Source: Amphiscolops sp. MND2022 (Eukaryota). From it: a DNA stretch of 64,000 nucleotides. Position 1 is the first letter of the stretch. Each line of letters opens with the position of its first letter. The notes under the pieces were generated by a model. It was not told the DNA's origin. It did not search any database and saw only the letters and a program-made list of their open reading frames with translations. The position numbers were made by a program, and so were the translations under genes. Positions 1 to 12,900 of the stretch are shown here, one piece after another. The DNA is taken from the NCBI GenBank assembly GCA_964187785.1, contig OZ076416.1:3348001-3412000 (forward strand), given 5' to 3'.

Positions 1-1725
1 GAAAGAGACACAACTTGTCTAACTTTACTACAGAAGACACGGGATTTCAATTTAATGAACTCATATCTTGCACTTTTTCTCAAAAATGCCTATTTCATCG
101 GAGAAAACTTTTCGCCACTAGTGAGCGCTATTGTGGAATAGTTGCGTGGGCTCGGTGTAGTTGTGAAATCTTAAGCACTGGGTCGAACTTTGGTTCAAAT
201 GGTTTTTTCGAAAATTTCAGTCATTGTTACTGTGTCTCTTAGAGGAGGTCCCACCTTTCATGTCCCGCCAAGGCTGTGTAAAAAAGGGTCTATGTTCCAC
301 CAAGTCTGGTTTGCTCAAATTGAGAAATATTGAGATAACATTACAACTGAACTTCTGCCTAACTTCTGTGATATACCCAATGAGATTAAACCAATTGATA
401 TTAAGTAGCCATAGCATATTACAGTTTACGTTCGATTCCCGGTAAATAAAGAAATACGTCCGAAACAAATTTGCCCATCCACCAAAATGGCAATGCTGTT
501 TTTTGTAGTACTTTTCAAAACGTCCTTGTTATCTGGAAATTGTTTAAAATAAAAAATCTAATTTTTCGCTTTTGCCAGTTGAGTTGATTGATACATTACT
601 CGATTCTAGTAATTTCGTTTACTGTTCTTATGAGAAACGACGATCTGGTATCATTAAAATGTAAAATATAATATCCCTAAATGTACTATTGGTACAGTTT
701 CGTACCAGTTAGTTTCTGCAAGCTTCTAAACGCACCAGCTGACCGTATGGTTAAGAAAACACTTGGATACAATTTTCAGGCAATAATACGTATCAAAATA
801 CCTATCACGGATTATTAACATCTTTTTTCTGATATCAAGATAACGGGAACAAACTGTGAAAATTTGTGAGCGCAAAACTTCCGTTTTCCAGTTTTTGTTT
901 GTGGCCACACTTCTTTCTACCTTTAGCTTCCTTTGAAAATATGAAATGGAGAATCAGATGAAAAAGATCAATTGACTTTGAAAAATGTAAACAACAAACG
1001 ATAAATAATAACTTGAAATTATATCTTGTTGTTCGGCAGTTCAGTATATACCACGGCTCGTCGTCCAGGCCCGAGGTTTTCAGTATTCATTGGGTTCATT
1101 GAATGAAATCACGGACTCCGATACTTGTCCATTTGGTGGTATGAAAGCATGAAAGAGAACTTTACTTTCCCTACTTTTTTGTTCCTTTTTGAATTTTCAC
1201 TCCGTAGAGAAGAGATTAGAGTGAGTGGAGTTGTTGGAGTTGTCTCAGGAATGGGTTTGCTTCTTTTAATCCTCCAAGCTCTCGGATGTGTCGGAGATGT
1301 TTGTTTGGTGGTTGAGTCGGCAAAACGCACATTTTTTTTGTGTGGTGATCCACAATTTGAGAGCAGTTCATCTATTGGAAAAATACACGACCTGATTGGC
1401 ATTGCTGCGGGATCGAACATGATGGGGTTGTCGAAACTGGACTTGCTATGTGCTCTTTGACCAGCTAATGAACTCCGTGAATGTAGATTTCCTTCGAATC
1501 CTTACAGCTCTATGCAGTGTAATCTGCAACGCTAGTATCGTTTGAACTAGCTATATCAATACTTTTGTGTTGCTATGATCGTATGATTATGATTGTGTTT
1601 TGTAAGCCTGAAAAATCTTCTTCATCCTTCTTAGGCGACAAAACAACGCAATACAGTACTAACTTATAAAATGAGAAATGGCTTTGAATAAAAATTGGAA
1701 AAATGTTTGAATTTGATTGCTTGTT

Positions 1726-2123
1726 GCACTTGGTGGGACCTGACACTGATTTACTAAGCATCGATGGGACATTTTGACGCAGTCGTGTTTGCTTTCATTC
1801 ACCATGTAAATTAGTGATTGCTCTTTCTTGATTGCCAGCTTGTATGCCAAACTCTCAACTTGGTTCATTCACCACCCAACACCTCATGGAGCTGGCAGGG
1901 TTTCTTGACGCTTCTGTTATTAATGTTTGAAAGATAAATAGGATGTTTTCGAATATGCACTTGGTGGGACCTAAAACTGTAATTGACTAAGCCTTGATGG
2001 GACTTTTTAACGCAGTTGTGTTTTTTTTCATTCACCAAGTAAATTAGTGATTGTTCTCTCCTGATTGAATCCAAACCAACAGCTTGTATGCCAAGCTCTC
2101 AACTTGGTTCATTCACCACCCAA
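1726..2123. repeat. Diverged tandem duplication, period about 230 bp (1726-1879 and 1957-2123)
   Basis: Both copies start GCACTTGGTGGGACC and end CTTGTATGCCAA.CTCTCAACTTGGTTCATTCACCACCCAA. Confidence 0.85.
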
Positions 2124-2850
2124 ATCCTGGATGACTGACATGGGTGGATGACCCAGGTGGATGACTCTCCTGCTGTCATTGGTAAATTTAAGGGATTGTC
2201 CCACTGCGTCAAAATTTTATACAATTAATCTTTTATTGAATTTTTTGGAGCATATTTTTGAGGATACTAGTATTAATACATAATCACAGGGTTCTTTCTA
2301 GAAAAACGTAGTTTTTATTGTTTTTTTCATAAAAACCGCTAATTACATCGATTTTTCTCCAAAGTCGTTTCTCGACAATTTCTTTCAAAACGCGGGGTGT
2401 GAAATACTTGTCAAATATTTCAACAAAACGCATTAAGAATTTCAATTTTTCAGCAAATTTTGGCAATAGCTCACGTTTCTGAACTTTCTCGTGAGACAAT
2501 TTGTACAATTCAACACGCCGCCCTAGACAAAAAATATCAATAAAAAACCGGCGAATTAATTGCCGAATTAAATCGCGATTAAATTGGTGCGAATTTTTTT
2601 GACAACCCTGCATTATCAATCCACATCATTTGCTCTTGTTATTTTATAATCCACCAGATAAAACTATAGTATATGGCAAGAGAATAAAAAATATTGTAAA
2701 GAAACGATGTGACTGAGTGTTTGTCCGTTGACGAATCCGCACTCGGCGGGACATAGACCCCTTTTGTACTATACGTTGGTGGGACGCACACCTAGTGAGA
2801 ATTGAAAAATTACTCCAGCTGGGCCATGGTGGCAACGAATGGAAATTCTC

Positions 2851-3025
2851 ACAATCACATTGCGTTGCTTTTTATCTTATTTCCATTATGGAAACAAGAT
2901 AGAAAAGCAACGCAATGTGATTGTGCGTTGACGCTTCGTCAACGCGCAATCACATTTTGTTGCTTTTTTATCTTTTCTATTTCTATTTCCATAATGGAAG
3001 TAAGATAAAAAAAAGCAACGCAATG
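2851..3025. repeat. Compound foldback (three adjoining hairpins)
   Basis: ACAATCACATTGCGTTGCTTT...AAAGCAACGCAATGTGATTGT (2851-2924); TGATTGTGCGTTGACG/CGTCAACGCGCAATCA centred near 2935; second copy of the first hairpin at 2947-3025. Confidence 0.85.
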
Positions 3026-3873
3026 ACGAAGTGGTGGTTCATCAAGGACGAAGTGGTGGAAACAGGGGTGTTCAAAAATTAATGGAAATTATTTATTTAG
3101 TTTTTCAAAACAGAAAATCCAAAATTTTACAAATGTTTTCATCACTTATGGCCATAATGGCCATCAATGGCTCAAATTTTCTCATGGCGCAAACAGCTGG
3201 AGTTTACAGGAGTACTGGTATTTGATTCGTAAAATTAACGTTGATTAACCCGATTGAAAATTATCCTCTACAATAATTAATCTTGTACTGTATTCAAATG
3301 AAATTGATTGATTTTATTGATATCACTATTTGTTGCGTAGCAAATAAATGAAACTTAAATTGTACAAGACGCTATAGCTTTATCCGTACAGTGCTTGATT
3401 TATAAACGCAAGGTCAAGGGCTTGAAACTCGGTATTAGTCAATCTTTGCAAAAACGCAAAGTTTTTATACATGTACTTTTTCTTACATTATTCAAACGAA
3501 TATTTCTCAAACCTTTGTATACAAATATTTATTATTATTTATTAAAGTTGATCTTTTTTTCAGCCGATGTTGCTGTTATTTTGAATATGCTATAATCATT
3601 TATTGGGACTAAAAAATACAAACAACAAAACATTCATGGCCTATCTCCCTTAACCGATCCTCGCGACTGTGTCAATTCATTTATAATTTGTGTTTTCAAA
3701 ATTGAAACCCAGTTCATTTATCAAAACAGCTCAGCAATCGAACTCGTCTTATATTCATTAGAAATTTGAATATATCATTGAAAAAATACTCCTAATAAAT
3801 TATCTTTGAAATCATCAAGTAAAGAACAGAAATTATGAGTGTGACAAATCAACATTCTAAGGAATTAAAATAT

Positions 3874-4200
3874 GGTACTCCTGACTAAGTGTGGTCCCTA
3901 CAAAACTTAAGCAGCCGGCCTGAAAACTCCTGGCTGAGTGTGGTCCCTTAAGAGGTTAGCATATTTGTTGTATGGCTCGGTCGCTTCGCTCACTTCGCCA
4001 AGTAGCAATATTGAGGCAGGGCCATATTGCACGTCGCTCCGCTTCGCTTCGCTCCTGCAATTAGGGAACTACGGGTATGTGAACATAGCTGACGACGTAA
4101 AATGAAAATTCCGACAAACTATGCAGAAACCACACTTATGAAATAGGGACCACACTTAGTAAGGAGAAATCGCTTGGGATCACACTTAGTCAGGAGTACC
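3874..4200. mobile_element. MITE-like non-autonomous DNA transposon, about 327 bp
   Basis: 25-bp TIRs GGTACTCCTGACTAAGTGTGGTCCC / GGGATCACACTTAGTCAGGAGTACC (1 mismatch); subterminal copies of TAAGTGTGGTCCC; internal CGCTTCGCTC motifs. No clear TSD. Confidence 0.7.
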
Positions 4201-4264
4201 AAATGTTTTGATGGTATTTATTGGAATTATTTAGGTAAAAATGATTTTTAAATTATTATTATTT

Positions 4265-4407
4265 TGACAATCAATGTAATGAATATGATTATGTCGACAT
4301 CAATTATTTTCTTGATCAAAATTTCAACTCAAACGATGTCGACATAATGGTATTTGAACCTTGTGTCTTATCCCCCCCGCAACTGCTTGGGGGGATACGA
4401 CACATGG
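4265..4407 (+). repeat. Dispersed repeat ending in a GC-rich hairpin (possibly a non-autonomous Helitron-like end)
   Basis: Homologous in reverse orientation to 32575-32727; hairpin GTGTCTTATCCCCCC...GGGGGGATACGACAC. Confidence 0.65.
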
Positions 4408-6000
4408 TCCGACAAATTATTTTCACAAAGTCAATATGAAGTCTTTTTTTACAAACCGTTAAATCAATTTTTGTAATTTTACGTCAATATTTGTTAGCCC
4501 TACTCATCATACATCAGCATACATCATCTTTTTCCAATCTGCCAAATTTCGGCTATTGTGATTGGTGGATCAACCAAATTGCGGCTTACGTGATTGGTTG
4601 ATCTTGAGCTGCTGAGACGAATTCAAGTTACAGTTTCAGGTTCAGTTTGTGTTGAACATCTATCCCGTGCAGTAGTAGACATCCAGTGAACTTTCTACCA
4701 CCTTCAATAAAAGACCTAGATCGCTGATTCCAGAATGACCTTCACTTGTATACACCGCTTCAAAGAATTTGATTCCAACAAGCAATGGTTCTACACGCGT
4801 CATCAGTCTACATGCCTTGGTGAGTTCAGATATTATGTTTGATTTGAAAAAGGATTTTTTAAAAATGAAAAAGTTTGAAATTTGTTTGAAACCAAGTTTT
4901 GGGAAAACGTTTTAATTTAAATCCCGATGAAACAAACAAAAAGAAAACGATTATTTGTTGACTATTGTTTTCCTTTTTCAAGCTATCATAGGTGAGGCCC
5001 AAAGTAAGAGTTTTCTATGTAACTCATGCTTTGCCATTTAAAATTTGAACTAATTCCGTTTTTATGCTTTTTGATCTTATGTTATTTGAAACTTTACACT
5101 TAACTTTTTTGCGTGGTTGTTTTACTGATCAGACCCTACAGATATGAACTTCCATCTGTTTTAGCTCACCAACAACGGAAAACTTTGTGTATTCATCGCT
5201 GTAGTTGTCCTGAATACGGTTTGATTTGCACCAGCACTGGAAAACTCAAGCAACACTTGTCAAAAATTACTTGTTTGAGACGTCAGCAAGAAATCGGAGA
5301 GCGAGGAATTGAGCCATCCGACTTCTACTTACCAGAACCCAGCAGTTCTTTACTTGTGAATTCTTGACAATGTAAATTTTACTAGTGTAGTTTTGTTAAC
5401 TAGTGAGTTTACCTTATGCCCGTTCCACCAACGCCTAATAAAAAGTGGGGTCCATGTCCCACCAACTCTGTCTATGTCCCACCAACTCTGGTTTCGTAAA
5501 CGTTTTGTAAATCAAAATCAGAAACGTTTTGAGTAAGAAAAAAATATGATATTTGAATAAGAAAATAGAAAATAACAGTATAAACACTTTCTTCTGGCTT
5601 CCTCCATTTTCTTTCTAATGAATGAAACCTGGTATTGTCTCAGTCAGAATAGGCCTCGATGCTTTCCTCCTTTCAAGTGAAATATTTCAAGTCAAGTGAT
5701 TTTTTAACTTGGACGGTAATGTTGCTCGGCGCATTACTGGTACTATATGAAAACGATATGAACACTACAGTATAGCCCAGTTTTGCACCGCGACCAATTT
5801 CGTCGTCTTACAATTGACAAAATTCTGATAAATCAATGCAATACAGTATAATGCAATCAATACTTAATAAAACTTAACTTTATAATACAACTTAAGCATT
5901 TTTCCTTTGATTCTGAAATTAGAAAAGTTCGAAAAGAGAGCAAATGTTATTTTTCAAATTCCTTATGAGCAAAACAAGTAACATTTCGAGAGGGGTCGTC

Positions 6001-6130
6001 TAGCTGCTCCTATTTTATTTGCTTCTAATCGAAAATTCTAGTTACTTCTAATTAAAATTCTAGTTGCTAGATTCTAATTACGGGCAACTCGTTATTTCAA
6101 AATTAGAAGCAAATAATATAGGAGCAACTG
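6001..6130. repeat. Short inverted-repeat element
   Basis: GCTCCTATTTTATTTGCTTCTAAT (6006-6029) is the near-perfect reverse complement of ATTAGAAGCAAATAATATAGGAGC (6102-6125). Confidence 0.75.
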
Positions 6131-6480
6131 GGCAGACCTACTTCGAGATAGCAACGCTTTTCGATTATTTGAAGTTTAACTACATGACTGCCATTAAAAT
6201 CTTTATGTTAACACATTTCGAAACCGCGACCTGCCACTTACGGATCTAGCGCATTAACCACTTGACTATAGCGCATTGTTATTTGATTAATTTATTTCAA
6301 TCTTATTGCAAACGCAACAATAGTTTTTATATTCATTCCCATCAGGATGCTTCCCAGTTTCTTCGTAAAAATCCGTTTCCAGTCATTTGAGCTCGTCTTT
6401 TTTCCAAGAATTGCCAATCGCACCGGAAAATTCAAGAAACAAATTCAATCAAACATAAAACAGAACATTAGACAAAACTC

Positions 6481-6697
6481 GAAATTACATCGCGTTGCTA
6501 TTTCACTGGAATTGACTGGAAATCACACCGCGTTGCTATTTCACTGAAATTCACTGGGGAAACCACACCGCGTTGCTATTTCAGATGAAATTACTCAAAA
6601 TCACACCGCGTTGCTATTTCAGATGAAATTACTCAAAATCTCGCCGCGTTGCTATTTCATAAAAAATTACTTAAAATCACACCGTGTTGCTATTTCA
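6481..6697. repeat. Minisatellite, about 39-bp unit x6
   Basis: Core CACACCGCGTTGCTATTTCA repeated six times at 37-40 bp spacing. Confidence 0.9.
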
Positions 6698-7113
6698 ATG
6701 AAAGGACATGTACGTTCTAAAATACAACGCGTTCTAAAATACAACTGTATTGCAACCTCATTGCTTAAAATAGCAATCTTCAAAACCAAATATCAGAAAA
6801 AAATGCACTCAATTTTGGTCTATGAACACTTCAACACATGTATTAAGATAGGCTATAAGAATTATATTTAGAGAATTGATGATTTTTATTTTAAAGGGAA
6901 AAAATTTTTTAATGAAACCATATCAGCATCTGCAGGCGATTTGGAGACAAATGATTGAAAGAACATTTTTCAAAAATATTTTCTACCATTGTGAAAATCA
7001 CGTTTCTTTTCAAAACTCTCGAAAACATAAAAATGGAACTTTGTATAACATAGCCAAAACAAAATCGTTTAGGTAAAAACAGATTTACTTCATTTGGGTA
7101 ATCGGAATTCGTT

Positions 7114-7620
7114 TTGTTAAGGATAACGAAACCGCAGTACAAGACGATACAGATCATACAGAGATCCGGTGACGGCGCAAACAGTTCACTCAGAAGGTCC
7201 AAGGCCTCAACCTCGGGACGCAAAAACAGTCTCTCACGCGGAACAGTCGATGTTGACACGGGTGACATTTCGGATGAATTTGATACAGCCGTCGAAAGGA
7301 ATCGGAAGAAAACTACTAGTAAAACTAGTAAAATTACTAGTATTAAAACTACCAGTGGTAAGAAGAAGCCTAAGCCTGGTGGTACTACACGACGAACATG
7401 GCCGCTGGATCAGGAAAAAAGGTTGAGGAAACAATTCCGAGAAGAGATGAAGCAAGGGCGACAGCCTGGCCGAGCAGTTTGTTTGGAGGCAACGAAAAAG
7501 TACCCCCATGCTTCAAAGTGGCAGAATATCAAAGATAAAATACGGAACATGACAATCAGTGACGCAAGAAAACGATCAGCTATCAGTGGCAGGATAACAA
7601 AGAAACAGTATGAATTATGA
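7114..7620 (+). CDS. Possible terminal exon encoding a basic linker plus a Myb/SANT-like HTH domain
   Basis: RRTWPLDQEKRLRKQFREEMKQGRQPGRAVCLEATKKYPHASKWQNIKDKIRN shows the W...E...F...PG..C...W..IK..RN pattern of a helical domain seen in uncharacterised animal proteins; no upstream exons found. Confidence 0.4.
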   Translation: MLRITKPQYKTIQIIQRSGDGANSSLRRSKASTSGRKNSLSRGTVDVDTGDISDEFDTAVERNRKKTTSKTSKITSIKTTSGKKKPKPGGTTRRTWPLDQEKRLRKQFREEMKQGRQPGRAVCLEATKKYPHASKWQNIKDKIRNMTISDARKRSAISGRITKKQYEL

Positions 7621-7621
7621 G

Positions 7622-7760
7622 AACTTTTCAAACGAATCCAGTTTATTTGAAACTTCACTTGAGTATGAAACTTAACTTTTCAAAGAAATCCGGATTATAT
7701 GAAACTTCACTTGAGTATGAAACTTAACTTTTCAAATAAATCCAGATTATACGAAACTTG
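7622..7760. repeat. 52-bp tandem repeat, about 2.7 copies
   Basis: AACTTTTCAAA at 7622, 7674 and 7726; GAAACTTCACTTGAGTATGAAACTT repeated. Confidence 0.85.
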
Positions 7761-7985
7761 ACCTGAGTTGTAATAACGTTGATTGGGCTGAAGACAAGAT
7801 TTGCAATGACTGTTATTTTTATTTTACCAGTCAACTTGTTACTAGATAACTGTGTACTGTAAAGAGTAGGGTATATGAAAATTATTCAGTAGGTGTACAA
7901 AAAATATGGAGTTACGGAGAAAATTTTAACCGTCGCCTTTTCTAAAACTAATGACTATCAGTACCTTGAGTTTCATTAGTAAAGA

Positions 7986-8985
7986 ATAACATTCGAAAAA
8001 CATAATATTGTGTTGAGATCCCACCAATGAATGTCAAAAAGTATTCTTGATAGCTGAAAATCGCCGAGAAGATTTTGTGTTAAGGCCCCACCAATGCATG
8101 TCAATACGAATTGTTGATAACTGAAAATCGCAGAAAAGAATTTGTGTTCAGGTGAATTTTGTGAATTGATTTTTGTCAGATCACAATTATTGCAAATATT
8201 TGTTTTTAACCAACATTTATGGAAACAATTCATTTCATTATTTAGATAGTTGAGCAAGAGCAGTTGTTACATGTCCTTACTCTAGATTGTTTGTGGATTG
8301 TATTCTGTGCAAATAAAATTTGTAAGTGCGCGGTTAATAGATTGATTGTCGGTTAGATGTACCTAGAATTTTTGAGACCCTTCAGAGGCCACGTTCGCGG
8401 CGTGGGTCTTGTTATGGGCGACACTATGTAATCCTCTAACTGAGAGCCTCTTTAAAAATACATGATAATGGGTGTCAGTGTTTCAAGGTTGTGATTTTTT
8501 ATCACAACTTTCACTTTTGCCCGACATTTTTTTCACTACCAGATTTCCCAGTATGTGGCATTTCAAAATGTGCCTCAGAACTATTACTCGATTCTCCAGG
8601 CGCACGATTTTCACGTTTCGATTTTGAAATGCGTAGCCAGCAAAAAGTTTGCTTTCATGATACCACCACAGTGTCCATTTATTTCAGTATAAACTGTTTA
8701 GAAAGCAAAAACATATGCGCTTTAGGAAGTTCTTGCGCATTTGTTTAATGACAGATTTTCATCTCCAATGACAGAGTTTAATTGGTAGCGAATAACATTC
8801 GAAAAACATAATATTGTGTTGAGGTCCCACCAATGCATGTCAATAAGTGTTCTTGATAGCTGAAAATCGCCGAAACGATTTTGTGTTAAGGTCCCACCCA
8901 TGCATGTCAATAAGCATTCTTGATAGCTGAAAATCGCCGAAAAGATTTTGTGTTAAGGCCCCACCAATGCATGTCAATAAGTATT
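7986..8985. repeat. Two blocks (7986-8152, 8792-8985) of a 68-bp minisatellite
   Basis: Unit TGTGTTAAGG(T/C)CCCACCAATGCATGTCAATAAG..TTCTTGATAGCTGAAAATCGCCGAAAAGATTT; both blocks start ATAACATTCGAAAAACATAATATTGTGTTGAG. Confidence 0.9.
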
Positions 8986-9094
8986 AGAAATAGCCAAGTT
9001 AAAGTTTTTGTGTATGTCCCACCAATGGAAAAGTGTGTACGTCCCACCTTATGCCCGTTTCGTGTACGGACCCACCAAGTGCTACTTCGTACAC

Positions 9095-9664
9095 ATGTGT
9101 GTGTTTCCCCCCTGATAACGGACCGGGTCGGGAAATAGTGTATCCCGGCAGTTTACGCCCGAACATGGTGGAATATATTTCCTATGACACCACCGACTTT
9201 TTGCAAGTCGAAGGGCATTTAGCCCTGGCGTGCCCGGTCGATTTAGAGACTAGCTCGGCAGCACTGCGCTACGTGTTGCGGGAATGCGGCAAGGAACAGG
9301 TATTTTCACTACGCCCTCGGGTAGGAGAAATTCTAACCCTGACCCCTGCAATCACCAACAAACCCACCCAGGCAATACACCTGCTAATAACCCGTGCGAA
9401 TCAGCGCGCCCCGCTAATGGCCGATGATTTCCTATTATGCATGCACCAATTAACGGCATGGCTAGAGGTTAGGGGTGTTGTCCGAGTCCATTTTCCGATA
9501 CTGGACCCTGAAAGGCCAGTATTCTCCTGATCAATCTGTACAAGATACTAATGGATTTGTTCGTGGACACGAACATTCACGTAGTACTACACAGCCGTGT
9601 GTACGTGTCTATACTCGGCATAGAGATAGGTGATATACCACCTGAGTGCCACCTCCCAAGTTGA
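9095..9664 (+). pseudogene. A1 Pol C-terminal TARG1/Poa1p-like macrodomain (one frameshift near 9527)
   Basis: YISYDTTDFL...LALACPVDL...IHLLITRA...VHFPILDPER, then after restoring one base LYKILMDLFVDTNIHVVLHSRVYVSI; aligns with the A2 ORF at 43139-43903. Confidence 0.7.
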
Positions 9665-9903
9665 TCTCGCTTGAGCGAAAGCCCATGTAAATTCAATTTT
9701 ATCTTTATTAGAGTACATCTATTCCGTCCTTAAGTTTCATTGAGATCCATGTTGAATAAGGACGCCTTCTGCGCCCCTTTTAATTAATCTGTGATGTTTA
9801 CAGTAATGTTTTCCACCAACTAGTTCCCTTATGGAACCAGTTTCAATAATGCACCAAGCGACATCAGTACCAAGGATTTAACAGTCCCTTATTTTAGACC
9901 AGG

Positions 9904-12900
9904 ATGGCTTATCACTATGCCACCCCTGCAGCTTTGCCTGCCACGACCCAACCCAATCAGGACGTTGCCCAAACGCAACGTGTAAGGCAAGTGCAATACA
10001 TTGAAGGAAAGGCTGCGCAATGGCATTTCGCCAGCCGCCATTGCAGGGATTACTGCCCTATTGGCACAGTTAGAAACGCAGCCCACGCTGCCCAGTTTGG
10101 CAGTTTCAATAGTCGCCGACGTGGCCGGCTACAAGCGCACCATGACCTGCAAAAATGGCACTCACGGCAATTGAACAGGAAGCAACGCTGCGAATCCCCA
10201 TAGCCAACGTGCCGATGCCACAACCCCTTCCACCAGCACATATGGTGATTCAGCCACATACGCCAACAATGCAGCAGACGAGCCAAGCAACATTTCTGCC
10301 TAGTGTGCATGCCGTGATGCCTTCGGTCCTTCGGTTGCTCAAATAGCACCTTATTCCAGCGCTCCAGCGACCAATGCGTATCATATGGTATTAAGTACAG
10401 TGTCCCAGCAGGAGCCTGAGGGCTCCTCTCCAATGTCCAGCGCCAGAGTGCAGTCAGTACAGTCTTCTGCACCTTCCTCTGCCCGCAACAATATCACTGC
10501 ACCAGACATGTCGCCCAGAACGCCAAGTGAGCAGGCAGTCATCCAAGCCCTCCAAGCAGTGGCGAACTACCCGGAGTCAAGAGAGTTCGTCAAAACCATG
10601 TCAAAGCAGCTTCCAGGTCTCCAAAACCTACTAGAAGCACCTGGTCAAGGCACCAGTTCGAATGCACCTGGCCCTAGCACTATTAGGACTAGAGCCCCCT
10701 CACCAATTTCGGGACTGTCCCCCGTCTCGGACGAAGAGCTGGGTCGGAAACGAGCCTCGCCGCATGGACAGTCACCAACGGTCAGTACCACTGATAGTCC
10801 AACAAGTCGCCCTCCCCAGACAAACGCCAGCATGCGCTGCGTTTAGTCGTCATACAGGAACCAATGAAAGTGGGCTACCAGGGTATACCCAAGCCTCAAA
10901 TGGCAATGAGCGAGGTTATGGAACGGTATGCTCCAAGCCCTAGTTCCTCAACCAGTGCTGAACGCTCGAACACGTCGGCGACCTCCTCAGCTTCTAGATC
11001 CACCAAACCAACACCACCGCCTTATTTTCCCCAGTCCGAGAACGTTGCAGGAACTGTGGTGACACGCGATGCTAATCGCATATGGCATGTTGCCCCGAGG
11101 CTGGATGAGCGACAATTTCGCGATCGACAGCGGGTTCCACCTTTGAACGCTGACCAAGTTCAGCTAAAGAAGCTATCCATCGTAGCCCATGTGACAAGGA
11201 CTTTGCGAGCTTTTGACGTTGACCAAGGTGAGCCAGCATGGGAGCAACGAGTGGTTCAGAGGTTAACGACTGCCCATGACAATTATCTGCGACCCATGAT
11301 GAACCCATTTACATGCGCAATGTAGCGCCAGGTATTCATTGCAACAAGGTGAAACCTGGGAGACCCACGGGCAATATCCTCGAAGTCTCAGAGCCATTCA
11401 ACCCCCCTCAAAAATGCTCTGCAGCGCGCACGTTATTGCGTGATGATGGATTCCACGGTCCCATGCGACCTTCCGTTTGACAACCTGATTCCGGATGTCC
11501 TGGTAGTGACCATGCCCTTGTCGCGACTGCCAGAGATGGCCGAAGTGGCCATCGCCATGTTCGCTCCGGAGCTAGAAGGACCGCAAAAGAAGCCACCACC
11601 GCGGAGGATAATTTTCTCCATTTTAATGAACCACATGGCTTGCGAAGGTCAATTGCAAGACCTACCGCGTCTATTGCGCGAAATGACCACCCGTGACGCC
11701 GCCAGACTCGAGATATCGAGATTGCTGCACCTGATCGCCACCGCAATGGAGCGTACGGCAGAGAAGCTCCGTACTCAGTTGGGAGTGCCATCCATGTTCG
11801 TTTCTCCTCCAGGCATGCTGTATTGGGGAGGAATGTTCCAGCAGTTTGTGTACATGCTGAGTGAGGTATGCAAAGCCCGTGGTATTGAATTCTACTTGTG
11901 CGCGCCCAACTTGCGCGTCGACAAGATGGACTTGCGCCCTGCCGCACTGTCAGCACACGCGTACCTGGCAGCAATCTCACGTTTACTGCAGCCAGTAGAA
12001 AAGGGAGGCAACTCCCAGCTCACTTGGGACGATGCAATCTATTACGATCATGGAATGCGTCTAGGCACGCTAATCTTTGACGAGAATGGCAACCGGACTC
12101 ATCCAGAAGCCACGCTCAAAGAGCGCGAGAACATGCGCAGATACAACTGGTTGGTGCGTGAAGCCCACCCAAACACAATCAAAGCGGACCTAGCCTCCGT
12201 TTGGGATCAAATAAGCAGATGGCCACTCAACCGCGAGGTCGAGCGAACGATTCCTCAAGTCCAATTTGCCAACAACACGGAAATAATCAAAATGCCACTG
12301 GGTGTGAGGCACCTGGTATTGCAAGAAGCAGTTACTCTTGACGAATTGGTCCAGGCGCGTGAAGTCACTTATAGTGACTGGTATCAGGACCGTTTGGCCA
12401 CCGTCACCTTGGAAATGGCCGCAAGAGGATTGTCTGCGTCCTTTCCGGCTCTGCTGACAAGTTTTGGCTTGGGCTGGCATTTGGATGTGATTGCCGCCGA
12501 ATTTAGCCTGTCGGACGACCAATTGAAGAAACTCACTGATTTGCTGCAGCACACCACGGTCAATGAAGTACTGGCACTAGCATTGGCTTTGGGCCCCACA
12601 AAGTTCGTGGCTGGTCCTCTAGCCATTCTCGTGGATTTGGCCACTACAGGGGGAATCTCAGAGTTTTACACGTACCTGGTGCTGGCACAGGGAAAGTTAA
12701 CCAGTTTGCTTGGTCTCGGAGAGGTGCTATTCTTACAGCATGGACACAACTATACCGACCATTTGTTTCGCATGAGAGCTTCGGTACAACACTGGTTGTA
12801 GTCTACTCTGATCTATGCATCAGGATTATTTGTAGGAGTTGACCAAACTCAACCACTTCATCACCCAGACGCGCAACTGCCGCGCGAGAACGCGCAACTC

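Noticed and set aside
1109-1420. Minus-strand ORF with KKNVRFADS, resembling the RVxF motif of PP1 glycogen-targeting subunits
   Set aside because: No CBM21-like sequence follows in any frame I checked; a short motif alone is insufficient.
4735-5367. Apparent small spliced gene with good donors at 4820 and 5004 and a zinc-finger-like stretch
   Set aside because: Exon phases do not join into the open frame at 5113-5367 with the available acceptors.
6481-6697. Regularly spaced repeat resembling a CRISPR array (also 7986-8985 and 22199-22580)
   Set aside because: Spacers are short and similar to each other, there are no cas genes and the context is eukaryotic; these are minisatellites.
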